Part shown: positions 36,674-49,099 of the stretch, piece after piece
Layout of the letters: every line of letters begins with the position of its first letter
Position numbering within the stretch: the first letter of the stretch is position 1
Assembly: GCF_036971445.1 (NCBI RefSeq)
Contig: NC_091473.1
Location: 113,832,001-113,896,000 of the forward strand
DNA length: 64,000 nt
Direction of reading: 5' to 3'
Origin: Narcine bancroftii
Taxonomy: Eukaryota
The notes under the pieces: model-generated
The model's input: the letters and a program-made list of their open reading frames with translations, nothing else
The model's database searches: none
Told to the model about the DNA's origin: nothing
Translations under genes and position numbers: made by a program

Positions 36674-37565
36674 TTTTAAAATATTTCACACTATGAACCA
36701 TATTAATCAAAATACACACAAACATTTCCCTCTTGAATATACATAGTGGCATTTTCTCCCCTTTTCCCCCTCCCTACCCACTAAACATATACAATACATT
36801 AAACCCATTAAACAATGTCATCACACAATGAAAATAAACAAGAAAATTGTGTCATCTACTTTTACACACTGGGTCAGTTCATTTTGTCGTCTTCTCATTC
36901 TATCATTTTAGGGGGTGGAGGTCCGCGGTAGGCCCTCGCTGTTGTGTTCCATGTACGTTTCCCAAATTTATTCAAATAATGTGATTTTATTTTTTAAATT
37001 GTATGTTATTTTTTCCAATAGAATACATTTATTCATTTCCATGTACCATTGCTGTACTCTCAGGCTCTCTTCTGATTTCCAAGTTGACATTATACATTTT
37101 TTTGCTACAGCTAAGGCTATCATAATAAATCTTTTTTGCGCTTCATCCAGTTTAAGGCCTAATTCTTTACTTCTTATATTACTTAGAAGAAAGATCTCTG
37201 GATTTTTTGGTATGTTGCTTTTTGTGATTTTATTTAATACCTGATTTAGATCTTCCCGAAACTTTTTCACTTTCTCGCATGCCCAAATTGCATGTACTGT
37301 TGTTCCAGTTTCCTTCTTGCAGCAAAAACATCTATCTGATAATGTTGGATCCCATTTATTTAACTTTTGGGGCATGATATATTGTATCATGCGTAACCTC
37401 GTATTTATTATATTTCTCATAGTTCCGGAGCATAACTTTTCCCATATTTAATTTTTTATCTTTATGTTTAGATCTTTTTCCCACTTTTGTTTGGGTTTAT
37501 AGCTAGCTAATTTCATTATTTTCTTTCTCTTGCAGCTTGATGTACATGTTTGTTATAAATCTTTT
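36674..37565 (-). mobile_element. 5'-truncated L1/Tx1-clade LINE
   Basis: ORF 36968-37420 has the L1 C-terminal Cys motif RCFCCKKETGTTVHAIWAC. 15-bp TSD GCAAATGAGGTTCTT at 36659-36673 and 37566-37580. Confidence 0.9.
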
Positions 37566-38553
37566 GCAAATGAGGTTCTTGAGGAGAAAAAATACAAGAA
37601 AAACCTCAAGAAAGAAATTGGAGGCTAAAAGAAGATATGAGGTTGCTTTGGCAAACAATGAGAAGGAAAATCCTAAAGGTTTATGAATGTATAGTAAGAG
37701 CAAAAGGATCGTAGGGACAAAATTGGTCCTTTTGAAGATCAGAATGGTTTGTTTTGTATGGAGCCAAAAGAGATGGGAGAGATCTTGAATGTTTTTTTTC
37801 CATCAGTATTCACTCAGGAATGTAAGCAAAGCAGACAGTGAGGTCACAGAGCCTATATAGATTAAATAGGAAGAAGTGCTTGCTGTCTTAAAGCAAATAA
37901 TGGTGGATAAATCCCCAGGACCTGACAAGATATTCCTTGTATCTTGAGGGAAACAGGTGTACAAATTGCAGGGGATCTGGCAGAAATATTTAGTGTCTTT
38001 AGCCATGGGTGTGGTGCCAGAGGATTAGAAGGTTGCTCATGTTGTTCAATTTTAAAAATGATCCAAAAGTAACCTTGGAAATTATAGGCCAGTGAGCTTG
38101 GAGTCAGTAGTAGATAAATTCTTAGAGGGTGTTCAAAGAGATCAGTTATATAATTATTTTGATAGCCAGAAACTTATTGAGGATGGTTAACATTGGCTCT
38201 GTGTGTGGTAGGTTGTATTTAACCAATTTTGTAGAGTTTTTTGAGAAGGTTACCAGGAAAGTTGATGAAGGAAAGGCTATGGAATTTAGTAAGGTCTTTG
38301 ACTAAGTCCCATATGGGAGGTTTGTCGGGAAGCTTTAGGTGCTAGGTGTTCATGGTGAAGTAGTGAACTGGATTTGACAATGGCTGGATGGGAGAACCCA
38401 GAGAGTAGTGGTGGATGATTGCTACTCAGACTAGAAGCCTGTGACTAGTGGTGTGGCTCAGGGATCGATGCTGGGACCATTGTTTATCATCTATATCAAT
38501 GGTCTGGATGATAATGTGGTAAATTTGGTCAGCAATTTTGCAGTTGACACTAA

Positions 38554-39255
38554 AGCCATTTTTATGGAGCTATGCCACATTGAAGCCGACTCAAAGAGGA
38601 AAAAAAAGACGGACTTACCTTTTATGGAGAAGGCCTGTAAGGCTGATCCAGCAGCGCTTTTATGGAGAGAGCCATCAGGAGCCGTCGTCTGGAGCTGAGG
38701 GAGGCAAGGCGAGTGGTGCAGTAGCGCCCTATCACCTTGAGGTCAAGCATATGTGCCAAGAAATAGCCATCTTCGTTATCCATAATACCTCACCCAGCTG
38801 GAACTGCTCTGGGAAACACAGAATAGTTCTAGCTACGTGGGGGATTATGCGTAAAGAAGACAGCTATTGATCTATTCATTAAAACAAAAAGAGGCTCACC
38901 CCGCCAGGCTCTGTCATGCCCTTATCTGCCTCCTCCCACCAGGCTCAGTGAAGAAGAGAGGGGGAATTGGAAGAGGATATTTCCGGGTGGCAGGAGAGAG
39001 CCCTAACCCCAGCACCAATCACTGAGGGAGCCCTGGTGGTGGCTTCTGGGGCGCAGGCTGATGGCGTCATCGCGATGTCATCAGCACAGCCCTAAGCAGC
39101 GGCATTGCCTTTCTGAAGTGAGGTGGAATGACTTGCTCCATCTATGTCACTACTTCAGGATATATTGGAGTTCACATGCTGGATCCACATGTGGAGGTTT
39201 TATGAAGGTTAGTTATGCGATATAAGGGTGGAGAATATCTGCCTTTACACTCGCT
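38554..39255. mobile_element. Unclassified ~700-bp insertion, possibly a PIF/Harbinger-type MITE
   Basis: Splits the CR1 sequence GACAC-TAA-GATTGG with TAA on both sides; termini AGC...GCT; no long TIR visible. Confidence 0.5.
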
Positions 39256-42200
39256 TAAGATTGGAGTAATTGTGGACAGTGAAGAATGTTTCAAAGCTTG
39301 TAGAGGGATCTGGACCAGCTGGAAAAATGGGCTGGAAAGTGGCAGATGGAATTTAATGCGGACATGTGTGAAGTGTTACATTTTAGAAGGACAAACCAAA
39401 AAGAACATTCACAGTAAATGTTAGGGTATTAAGGAGTGCAGTAGAACATGGAACTAGAAGTGGAGTCATAGGGTTGTAAAGAGAGCTTTGGCATATTGGC
39501 CTTCATAAATCAAAGTATTGAGTATAGAAGTTAGGACGTTATAATAAAGTTCTATGAGACATTGGTGAGGCCAAATTTGGATTTTGTTTAATTTTGGTCA
39601 CCTAACCACAGGAAGGATATCAATAAGACAGAAAGAGTACACAGAAGATTTACCAGGATGTTGCATGGATTTCAGGAAGTGGTTAGGGAAAGGTTAAACA
39701 GGTTTGGATATTCTCTGGAGCTTAGAAAAATGAGGGGAGATTTGATTAGAGGTATTTAAAATTATGAGGGGGATGGATAGAATAAATGTGGACAAGCTTT
39801 CACCACTCAGGGTTGGTAGATACAAACCAGAGGAAATGGGTTAAGGGTTTGGGAGAACTTCCTCATACAGAGAGTGGTGGGTGTGTGGAATGAGGTGTTG
39901 GCTCAATTTTATTATTTAAGAAGAATTTGGACAGGTACATGGATGACTGTGGACTGGGTTCAGGTCAGTGGAGCTAAGTGAAAAAATTGTTCAGCACAGA
40001 CTAGAAGGGCCAAAGGGGCCTGATTCTCTGTTGTAATGGCTATGATGCTGTGGTTCTAGCAAAAAAAAGCATAATCTCTGAAGAGAATATCATTACAGGT
40101 TTGTGATGGGGGGGGGGCCCCATCAGTCAGAGAAGCAATGTTATGTGCTAGGATCATGAGGCACAAGATTGGCAGGACATCAATTGAGGAGTTGGGGGTC
40201 AATTGGAGAATGGTAGATGTTAGTTAGAGTTAATGCTAACATGAGGAAATGTTCGTTCTGTTTCTTTTCCCATAGATGCTGCTTGACCTGTTGAGTATTT
40301 CCAGCATTTTGTGTTATTTGGGGGAGTTTTAATGTGGGATTGAAGAGATGCTATTGTTATGAACTTGGGGTAGGAACTTGGTTACCTTGGTTATTGTGCA
40401 AATGAAGGTAAGCAGACTATTTTGACCTGGAATTAGCATTCCTGGAAAACCAAAGTTGCATTGGTCTCAAGGTAGCTTTTGTTTCCAAAAAAATGTGTGA
40501 AATTTGCATGAGGGTAGCAAGGTTGTCTGCATTAAATTTAAAATTTCTGTAATTACATTTCAGGGTATTGCATTTCAATTTGTGAAGAAGAGTAAAATAC
40601 GTAATCAAAATAAGATAAATATTGTGACTATCTTTATAATTTCTTGGAAAGAGTAGAGTGTTGTTTATGACTTGTTCAAAGAGAAGTCCATGCTAAAGTT
40701 GCAGTTGAGTTTTTCACGGTTTATTACACTTCATCAGTTACTACATTACTATTATCATAAAAAATGATAAAACGATTAAACAATGTTCAAAATATTAATA
40801 AAAGTATTCTGACCATCTCCATTCTTTCTATCTTCACCAAATAAAGGAGATTTCAGAACTGAATGTTTACCTTCAATATGCAGAAAGCTAGCCACAACCT
40901 TACTGGCTGTTACGAGGAGACACTCAAAGAATATGTAAACAATATCTGCTGGCTTCTTGCAGAATATGCTTGCAAGTCATTTTAACCTTTTATAATATCG
41001 ACCCCTAATTATTATATTGAGCTGTAATGTCTCTAATAATAATAATTGCAATCACAAATTTAAAAAAATCAAATATTAATATATCTATTAAATATTCAGA
41101 AGGAAGTGAAAGTCAATTATCAAAGCTTTCTGGTTCTTGTAAAAGATAGATTTGGTAATTGGCCTGTTCAGGAAGCCATTTTTAGTCTTAATCCACTTGC
41201 AGGTTTGCCCCGGCCTTATCCAGTGCTTGAACACATATCTTAGTTTCCAAGGTATTCACTTTATTGAGTACACAAGATGAGCTGCATTTTGCTTTTTCTT
41301 TTACCAAAGCCTTGGATACAATTTATTGCCTCTTGCGCAGCTTCTTCTTCAACATTGGTTGGTCAAGTGTGCTATCTGATACTCTTGATTCCAATAGACG
41401 AGTCTCTTTCACCTTCATAACCACAAGCTTGTTCATCCTTTTCTTTCTCTTTTGCGGTTAGTTATCGATAAGGTAGGGCTCAAACGACATTGGTTCCTCA
41501 AACTCATCAACAACCACTCTGGCTTCTATTGCTTTTTCCTGCAATTCCAGATCCAATTTGGCAACTTCCAGTTCAGTCTCATTTTCTGACAATTTTATCT
41601 TGAAACCTTTTGTTAGATTCTTGATTGTTTCCCTAGTCAGTTGTCTAATGGCATTAAACAATTCCTTGTTCTCTTTCAAAAATTGAATCTCCTCTTCCGA
41701 CTGCATCTTGATAAGGCTAAATTCTTTTCTATGATAACTGCATTCATTTCTTTAGCAGTTATTCTTCCACTTTGTTTTGTTAATTCTATTTACAATTAAT
41801 TATCCATTCTTGTCAACTGCGCTCTGGACTTTTGGTTTCTTTCAAAACTGAAACATCATCAGATTTGTTCCCATTATCTGAAAATTGGTTTTGTTTCCAA
41901 GTACAAAGTTGAAATCCTCTTGGTCACTGTTTTCTGGAATATCCAATGTTTCTAAATCCTTTTTTCAACATTCTGAAGGCATTGCACCAGTATTGTCAAT
42001 GAAATGGTCCTTTATTACCATCAGCGTGGTTTTTCTGGTTTGCCCTTTTTTTTAAACATGCTGCAAGATTTCTGCATTCTTCTTCTTTTCTGGTGCATCT
42101 GGGATACAAAAGTTACTTTCAGATTTGTTCCCAGACATTTGTTTCATTCCTTCCCCAGATTTAGCTTCGCAGGAATAAGTTTGTCTTGAACGGTCATTTC

Positions 42201-42479
42201 AATGGTTCGTTGAGTTTCACAACAGATATCATATTGACACTTGTTGACTGCTTCTAAGCAATATCATTCTTTCTTTCTAATGGTCCATTGATTGTCCATC
42301 CAAGCATACTTTTGATAGCGTGAGGTCGACCTCTCACTGAATTACTTCTATTGGTTCCAGAGCTTTTTTGGTACATCAAAACCAATTAGCATCTCTATCT
42401 CAGAGCCCTTTCTGGTATATAAACCTTCCTCCAATAGGGCCACCGATCACATCATTTTGATATGGCATGCGGACCCGTG

Positions 42480-43178
42480 GGAACCAACTGCCTAGTCAAC
42501 TGCTGTCAGGTCTGCATAGGCTTTGAATGGCCTGTTAAAAGCAGCCAACGGCAGTTTTATTTAAAATCCTGCAACTGCAGGGTCTTTCACCCAAGATGGT
42601 GGCACCTCTGATTGGCAGCAGCCATGAAGGGTTGCAGAATCCAGGGGATCCAGGGGAGTACTGGAGCAAGGTCCCATAAAATAGGGAGACCATCCCATGT
42701 CTGAGAAGGAGAAGCAGAGGAGATAACCTATGGGACTAGTGAGGGTTCTCTGCTGCTGAAAGACCAATGCCTGTGGCGGGCTGCTGGCGACTCGAGGCAA
42801 GGAACCCACAGAGGCTGCGGGTTGCTGGAGACGGTTGTCGAGAGACTCGCGCTGGTCTGTGGACTGCTGGAGGTTGGCTCGAAACTGGCTGAAGGTGTAC
42901 CAAGTATTGGAACCATGATGCGAGGGGGTACTGAAGGCTTCCTGCCTGTACCGGAGGTTTGGATCTGGAGTTCAGGTTGCCAATGGTTTGGACTGGACTC
43001 TGACTGCGGGGTCTGCGGAAGTGCTGGTGGCAAATCTATGGACGCTTGGTGATTCTGGGGGTACTCTCTTTGGCTTTTCTTTCTCTGTCTCTAAGAGGTG
43101 CTTCAGGCAATTTATGCTGATGGCAAATCTGTCTGCCTTACAGCATGAAAAAGCAATTTCATGTAATATTGCACTGTT
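42480..43178 (+). repeat. Interspersed non-autonomous repeat, same family as 60090-60870
   Basis: Shares blocks GGTA(C/T)TGAAGGCTT, (G/T)ACTCTC..TT..CT..T.TTTCTCT and TGCCTT.CAGCA..AATTTCAT with the 60-kb copy; no coding potential recognised. Confidence 0.5.
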
Positions 43179-43182
43179 TGCT

Positions 43183-45168
43183 GTAAAGGCTGTGTACGGC
43201 CCCTCACCCCAAGTCCAAAGCCCGCTGCGCAGCTCAGACGGCAAAGTCCTCCTCAGCGACAAGATCTCCATCCTCAACCGATGGTCAGAACACTTCCAAT
43301 CTCTTTTCAGTGCCAACTGCTCAGTCCAAGATTCTGCCCTGCTCCAGCTCCCTCAAGGCTAGAGCTGGATGAGGTCCTCACCCGGGAAGAGACATATAAG
43401 GCAATTGAACAAATGAAAAGTGGCAAAGCAGCAGGTATGGATGGAATCCTCCCCAGAGGTCTGGAAGGCTGGCGGCAAAACTCTGCATGCCAAACTGCAT
43501 GAGTTTTTCAAGCTTTGTTGGGACCAAGGAAAACTGCCTCAGGACCTTCGTGATGCCATCATCATCATCACCCTGTACAAAAACAAAGGCGAAAAATCAG
43601 ACTGCTCAAACTACAGGGGAATCACGCTGCTCTCCATTGCAGGCAAAATCTTCGCTAGGATTCTCCTAAATAGAATAATACCTAGTGTCGCCGAGAATAT
43701 TCTCCCAGAATCACAGTGCGGCTTTCGCGCAAACAGAGGAACTACTGACATGGTCTTTGCCCTCAGACAGCTCCAAGAAAAGTGCAGAGAACAAAACAAA
43801 GGACTCTACATCACCTTTGTTGACCTCACCAAAACCTTCGACACCGTGAGCAGGAATGAGCTTTGGCAAATACTAGAGCGCATCGGATGCCCCCCAAAGT
43901 TCCTCAACATGGTTATCCAACTGCACGAAAACCAACAAGGTCGGGTCAGATACAGCAATGAGCTCTCTGAACCCTTCTCCATTAACAATGGCGTGAAGCA
44001 AGGCTGCGTTCTCGCACCAACCCTCTTTTCAATCTTCTTCAGCATGATGCTGAACCAAGCCATGAAAGACCTCAACAATGAAGACGCTGTTTACATCCGG
44101 TACTGCACGGATGGCAGTCTCTTCAATCTGAGGCGCCTGCAAGCTCACACCAAGACACAAGAGCAACTTGTCTGTGAACTACTCTTTGCAGACGATGCCG
44201 CTTTAGTTGCCCATTCAGAGCCAGCTCTTCAGCACTTGACATCCTGTTTTGCGGAAACTGCCAAAATGTTTGGCCTGGAAGTCAGCCTGAAGAAAACTGA
44301 GGTCCTCCATCAGCCAGCTCCCCACCATGACTACCAGCACCCCTACATCTCCATCGGGCACACAAAACTCAAAACGGTCAACCAGTTTACCTATCTCGGC
44401 TGCACCATTTCATCAGATGCAAGGATCGACAACGAGATAGACAACAGACTCGCCAAGGCAAATAGCGCCTTTGGAAGACTACACAAAAGAGTCTGGAAAA
44501 ACAACCAACTGAAAAACCTCACAAAGATTAGCGTATACAGAGCCGATGTCATACCCACACTCCTGTTTGGCTCCGAATCATGGGTCCTCTACCGGCATCA
44601 CCTACGGCTCCTAGAACGCTTCCACCAGCGTTGTCTCCGCTCCATCCTCAACGTTCATTGGAGCGACTTCATCCCTAACATCGAGATGGCAGAGGCCGAC
44701 AGCATCGAATCCACACTATTGAAGATCCAGCTGCACTGGATGGGTCACGTCTCCAGAATGGAGGACCATCGCCTTCCCAAGATCGTGTTATATGGCGAGC
44801 TCTCCACTGGCCATCGTGTCAGAGGTGCACCAAAGAAGAGGTACAAGGACTGCCTAAAGAAATCTCTTGGTGCCTGCCACATTGACCACCGCCAGTGGGC
44901 TGATATCGCCTCAAACCATTCATCTTGGCGCCTCACAGTTCGGCGGGCAGGAACCTCCTTTGAAGAAGACCGCAGAGCCCACCTCACTGACAAAAGACAA
45001 AGGAGGAAAAACCCAACACCCAACCCCAACCAACAAATTTTCCCCTGCAACCGCTGCAACCATGTCTGCCTGTCTCGCATCGGACTTGTCAGCCACAAAT
45101 GAACCTGCAGCTGACGTGGACATTTACTCCTTCCATAAATCTCCGTCCGCGAAGCCAAGCCAAAGAAG
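43183..45168 (+). mobile_element. Young 5'-truncated RTE (BovB-like) LINE with a nearly intact RT
   Basis: 560-aa ORF 43420-45102: ESQCGFR, FVDLTK, GVKQGCVLAPTLF, LFADDA, FTYLG, C-terminal CNRC..SRIGLVSH. Tail GCCAAGCCAAAGAAGA; frameshift near 43450. Confidence 0.95.
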
Positions 45169-46083
45169 ATTACAATTACAATAAATTGAATCTTGAATAA
45201 TAGTCTGTGTGTGTATATGCCTGGAAAATCACAAAAATCATCGCTGTGCATTCGAGCAACCTCTTACCCTGAAACAATGTTAGCTTCAATGACCTTGTCC
45301 TATGGTTTTCAGTAGATTCCTTGACTTTCTTCCTTCAAGATTCAGCTTATTCATACAGTTTCACTGTGCAAAATGATGCTGTGCTACCTGGGTCAAGAAA
45401 TGCATGTGTATATATCATTGCATTCCTGTTCTTGGCCTTGTTAAGGCATTATTGCGAGTTTGCATTTCTCTGCACTGGCCCCAGTAAGACCACTTATTGC
45501 TAGTGAGGCTTCAGCATGATTTTCATCTGCCTCTTTCCTTGTTGCTTGTTCCTTTTCAGTATTCTTTTCCTAGAAGATGTGTAGCATTTTGGGATGCTTT
45601 TGATTGTTGCTGCTGAGTCACTTTTTACAGTTTTTGCAGATGAGTCCTTTACATAGACAGCCAAAACATACTCCATTTTTCTTTAAAAAATTGATTTTTC
45701 GCACTATGCACCTTCTTTTTCATCTGTGCACATTTTTTCAAATCACGCTCATCATTACAAAACAAACATTTCTTCACAACAGCCAAACTTTCATTTTCCT
45801 TATCTGCAACTAATACTTGGTGGCAACGGCATTTCCCTTTATCTTCGAATGAGGCTGCAACTTGGGCTTCTCAACTTCTTTATTTTTGAGTATCTTTGAT
45901 AATTCCATACACTGGATCTGTGACAACGTCCACTTGCCTTTCAATGAACTCCACCAAATCCTTGTCACAACATAGACCAGCAGCAATAGAAATTTGCCTA
46001 GATAATGGCATCTTCAAAACAATAATTTTTATTAATAACTATAACGTAAAATCTTCTAAACTTAACCCCAAACTATGCACAAA

Positions 46084-46140
46084 CGTGTGTGTGTGTGTGC
46101 GCGCGCGTGTGCGCATGTATGTATGTATGTGTGTGTGTGT
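46084..46140. repeat. (TG)n/(CG)n/(TATG)n compound microsatellite
   Basis: Directly visible alternating purine-pyrimidine tract inside an unclassified insertion (~46015-46460). Confidence 0.9.
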
Positions 46141-47151
46141 AGCAGATCCAGATCCCAAATTATTACAGCTCAGTCATTGTTCTGAAAAGTCAAATTCAAA
46201 GTTCAGTCTTAAGCATCTTGTGTTGAAACTTACAATCTTTAAAAGAAATTACAAAGTATTTTGAGACATCAAAACATCAGACTTCTCAAAACTCACTAAT
46301 TCTTGTTGAGTTGCTTTCAGAGAAATGTTTCTTCATATGAATGATTTTACAATTCCCCTCTCTTGCATAGAGGTTAAAGAACTTGTGATTTCTGCAATGC
46401 TTTCACAAACCCAGGCAAGGGTTAACCATTAAAAATAGTTATGATCCAAATGCAAGAATTATCTTGCTTTCTTTATCCAGGTATGGGTCATTCAAGAGTG
46501 ACTATTACAATGGCCACAATAGCACCACTCTCTCTCTTGACATCTTCTCCAAAGCCCCTTTAATTCTGTCTTCAGATGACTTTGGTTTGATAATGAAAGC
46601 TTTTTCAAGTGTCCTTAATTTCATGACTTTCTTGAGTAATACATGGTTTTTAGGTTTAATTTTTTTAAAACGTACAGATAGTCTCCTATTTGACCAGGTG
46701 TCTTCTTTAGCAAACATCCATTGTTTCAGACTTTCACTGGAACAATTAACTCTGGTTTTATGACTGCTCCAGACAAGTACCTTCTCCTTATCTATATCCT
46801 CACTCAGTCTTGCTTCAAAGTTGACTTGTTTCCACTTGTGACTAATTGCCAACTTTGCATTTCTTCTATAACTTCCTCCTTCTTCATCTTCTCAACACGT
46901 AGCACTTTAGATTCAGCAGCTTCATGGCAGTTGCCATCTTATCCATTTAGTCAATCATTACGCTCAGACATCGAACATGCACAACAATTATTCCCAAACC
47001 AAACCAGTCCTCATAGGACAAGCAGCAGTTTCTCCAAACTGTTTTCTAACTTGCAATTAACACACAGAAAGAACCTTTAGTCAGGCTTACTGCTTCTTGA
47101 TGGTCTTGGTGGTATTGACATTGATGCCTCCTTCTTTAATATGCTCTAAAC

Positions 47152-47611
47152 TAGCGTTTCTCAACTTTTTACCCTTAAAATAGTTTTCATTGTCTTGGGC
47201 AACCCCTGCATAGAAATTATTATATACCATTATTAATATCTATCTCTTTTATATTTTTATCGTAGTTCACGTGGTAAACATTATATTTTTTTTGGATAAC
47301 TTGTTTAAGGAAAAAATTACCCCCTGTTTTTGTCAAATTTATTGGCAATGCAAAAAAAAAAGCATACTGCTCGTTTATGAGACCTCACACTGAGGTTTTG
47401 ATTTTAAATAATATAAGAGTTTAAAGCTTTTATTATAATAACCAAGGATTTTCCAACGAAATGCCATCCGCATATAATAAAATTACGAATATAAAATTAA
47501 ACAAAAATTACTCAAAAATGCATTAGCCCATTTATTACTGTTTCTCGCAGATCCCCGAGCAACCTCTTGCGGAACCCTAGGGTTCCAGGGAACCCTGGTT
47601 GAGAAACATTG
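47152..47611. mobile_element. hAT (Charlie-like) MITE inserted in BEL gag
   Basis: TIRs TAGCGTTTCTCAAC / GTTGAGAAACATTG; perfect 8-bp TSD CTCTAAAC (47144-47151, 47612-47619). Confidence 0.9.
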
Positions 47612-48692
47612 CTCTAAACAGAGCTCAATCGATCCATTCTAAATTCCAAATCCATTTTTCAACATTCTATGTCTTAAATTCCCTCTTTTATTGACTAACT
47701 AGTCAATAACTCAGTTTTTATTGACTAAATAGTGTGATGATCTTCCTTATAATCACTTGGAAAGAGTAGAGTGTTGTTGTTTATGACTCGTTCAAAGTAA
47801 AGTCTGCTAAAGTTGCAGTTGAGTTTCTCAGTTTATTAAACCTTATCAGTTACTACATTACTATTACTTTCTTATATGGTGCTAATAAAAACTATGATAA
47901 AGCAATAAAACAATACTTAAAATGATGATTAAAATGGTCAGTAAAAGTATTCGAACCATTTCCATTCTTTCCATCTTCACCAAACAAAGGAAAGTTCAAA
48001 ACTAAATGTTTACCTTAAACATTCAGAAAGCTAGCTGCAATCTTGAAACTGGCTCTTACTAGGAGACATTCAAAGAATATGTAAACAATATCTGCTGCCT
48101 TGCAGAATATGTTTGCAAGTCATTTTAACCCTTATAATACCGACCCCTAATTATTATATTGAGGCATAATGTCTCTAATAATAATAATAATTACCATCAC
48201 AAAGAAAAAAATCAAACATATTAATATATCAGTTAAATCATCACCAAAAATTAGAAAATGTAAAAACTGTTTTTACTCCGGAATGCTGTGAATGAAGAAC
48301 GCTCCCACTAGTCGTGGAGGTGAATGATATATGTAGATATTTGGCCTCCACTAAAATTTAAGTGGGGATGTAAGGAATAGAGAGCTCTGTTGATAGCAGA
48401 GGAAAAATAGAGGTTTGGGTGGTTTGCAGGTGAAAGAAAATTCCAGTAGTGGTGATGGATAAGTGAAGACCCGAGTCATGAAACAGATAGTTGCGGAAAG
48501 ATTTATTTGAAAGAGATTATGCCAATAAATGGTGGGACACCAGAAGAAATGTGAACGCTAAATTGGGTGTCAACAGTATTGTCAGTACTAGAATTTTGAT
48601 CCAGATTTTAAGTGATTAAATTTGAATTGTAATCTTTGGTGGTTGTGTTTTGATCTTACATTTCTTCTTGGTATTTCTGCAGGTGCACAAAA

Positions 48693-48791
48693 ATGGCGAC
48701 AGGAGCAGATGTACGTGATATTCTGGAGCTGGGTGGTGGTGATTCTGAAAACCTGCCAATCAGTAAAAAGGATATTATCAACTCTGATAAG
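48693..48791 (+). CDS. dmap1: DNA methyltransferase 1-associated protein 1, first coding exon (exon begins 48683 with 10 nt of 5' UTR)
   Basis: Acceptor TTTCTGCAG|GTGC, AAAATGG Kozak-like start. Translates MATGADVRDILELGGGDSENLPISKKDIINSDK, matching the vertebrate DMAP1 N-terminus as I recall it. Donor AAG|GTACAG, phase 0. Confidence 0.96.
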
Positions 48792-49099
48792 GTACAGAGC
48801 ATTGTTTAAACTTTAACATTAATGCTTATTGAGGTTTATTCTCCATATTTATTAATTGCTTATTGACCATTTTTTCATATTAATTATATCATCATTTAAA
48901 TGTAGATAGCAAAGAGCCAAATTACAAAACATGAAAAAGAGGGGAAACTGGCAAAGTGAAGGAAATGTCAACATTTCATGTTAGCTCAGATCTAATAATT
49001 AAAATAAATCTTGAACATTTGGACTTTTTGCCTCCTGAAATTGAAACTACCAGATTATACTATAGATTAAAGAGTTTATCATTAGTTCTGAAGATCACT

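Larger units (their letters stand above)
36130..40060 (+). mobile_element. Decayed CR1 LINE ORF2 with nested insertions
   Basis: KSPGPDKIF near 37910; SGVAQGSMLGPLFIIYINGLD..FAVDTK (38441); CR1 3' tail near 40000-40060. Confidence 0.8.
40623..48240 (-). mobile_element. Decayed BEL/Pao LTR retrotransposon with terminal direct repeats (~40623-41095 and ~47733-48240) and nested insertions
   Basis: ~470-bp direct repeats, both starting TGTGA. Integrase tail WIKTKNGFLNRPITK near 41150-41200; protease HAFLDPGSTASFCT near 45370-45410; gag knuckle CFGCLCKG near 45640-45670 and VTDPVYG near 45910. Confidence 0.85.

Noticed and set aside
43420-45102. 560-aa ORF as a host gene
   Set aside because: It is RTE LINE RT: 5'-truncated, frameshifted upstream and multi-copy within the window.
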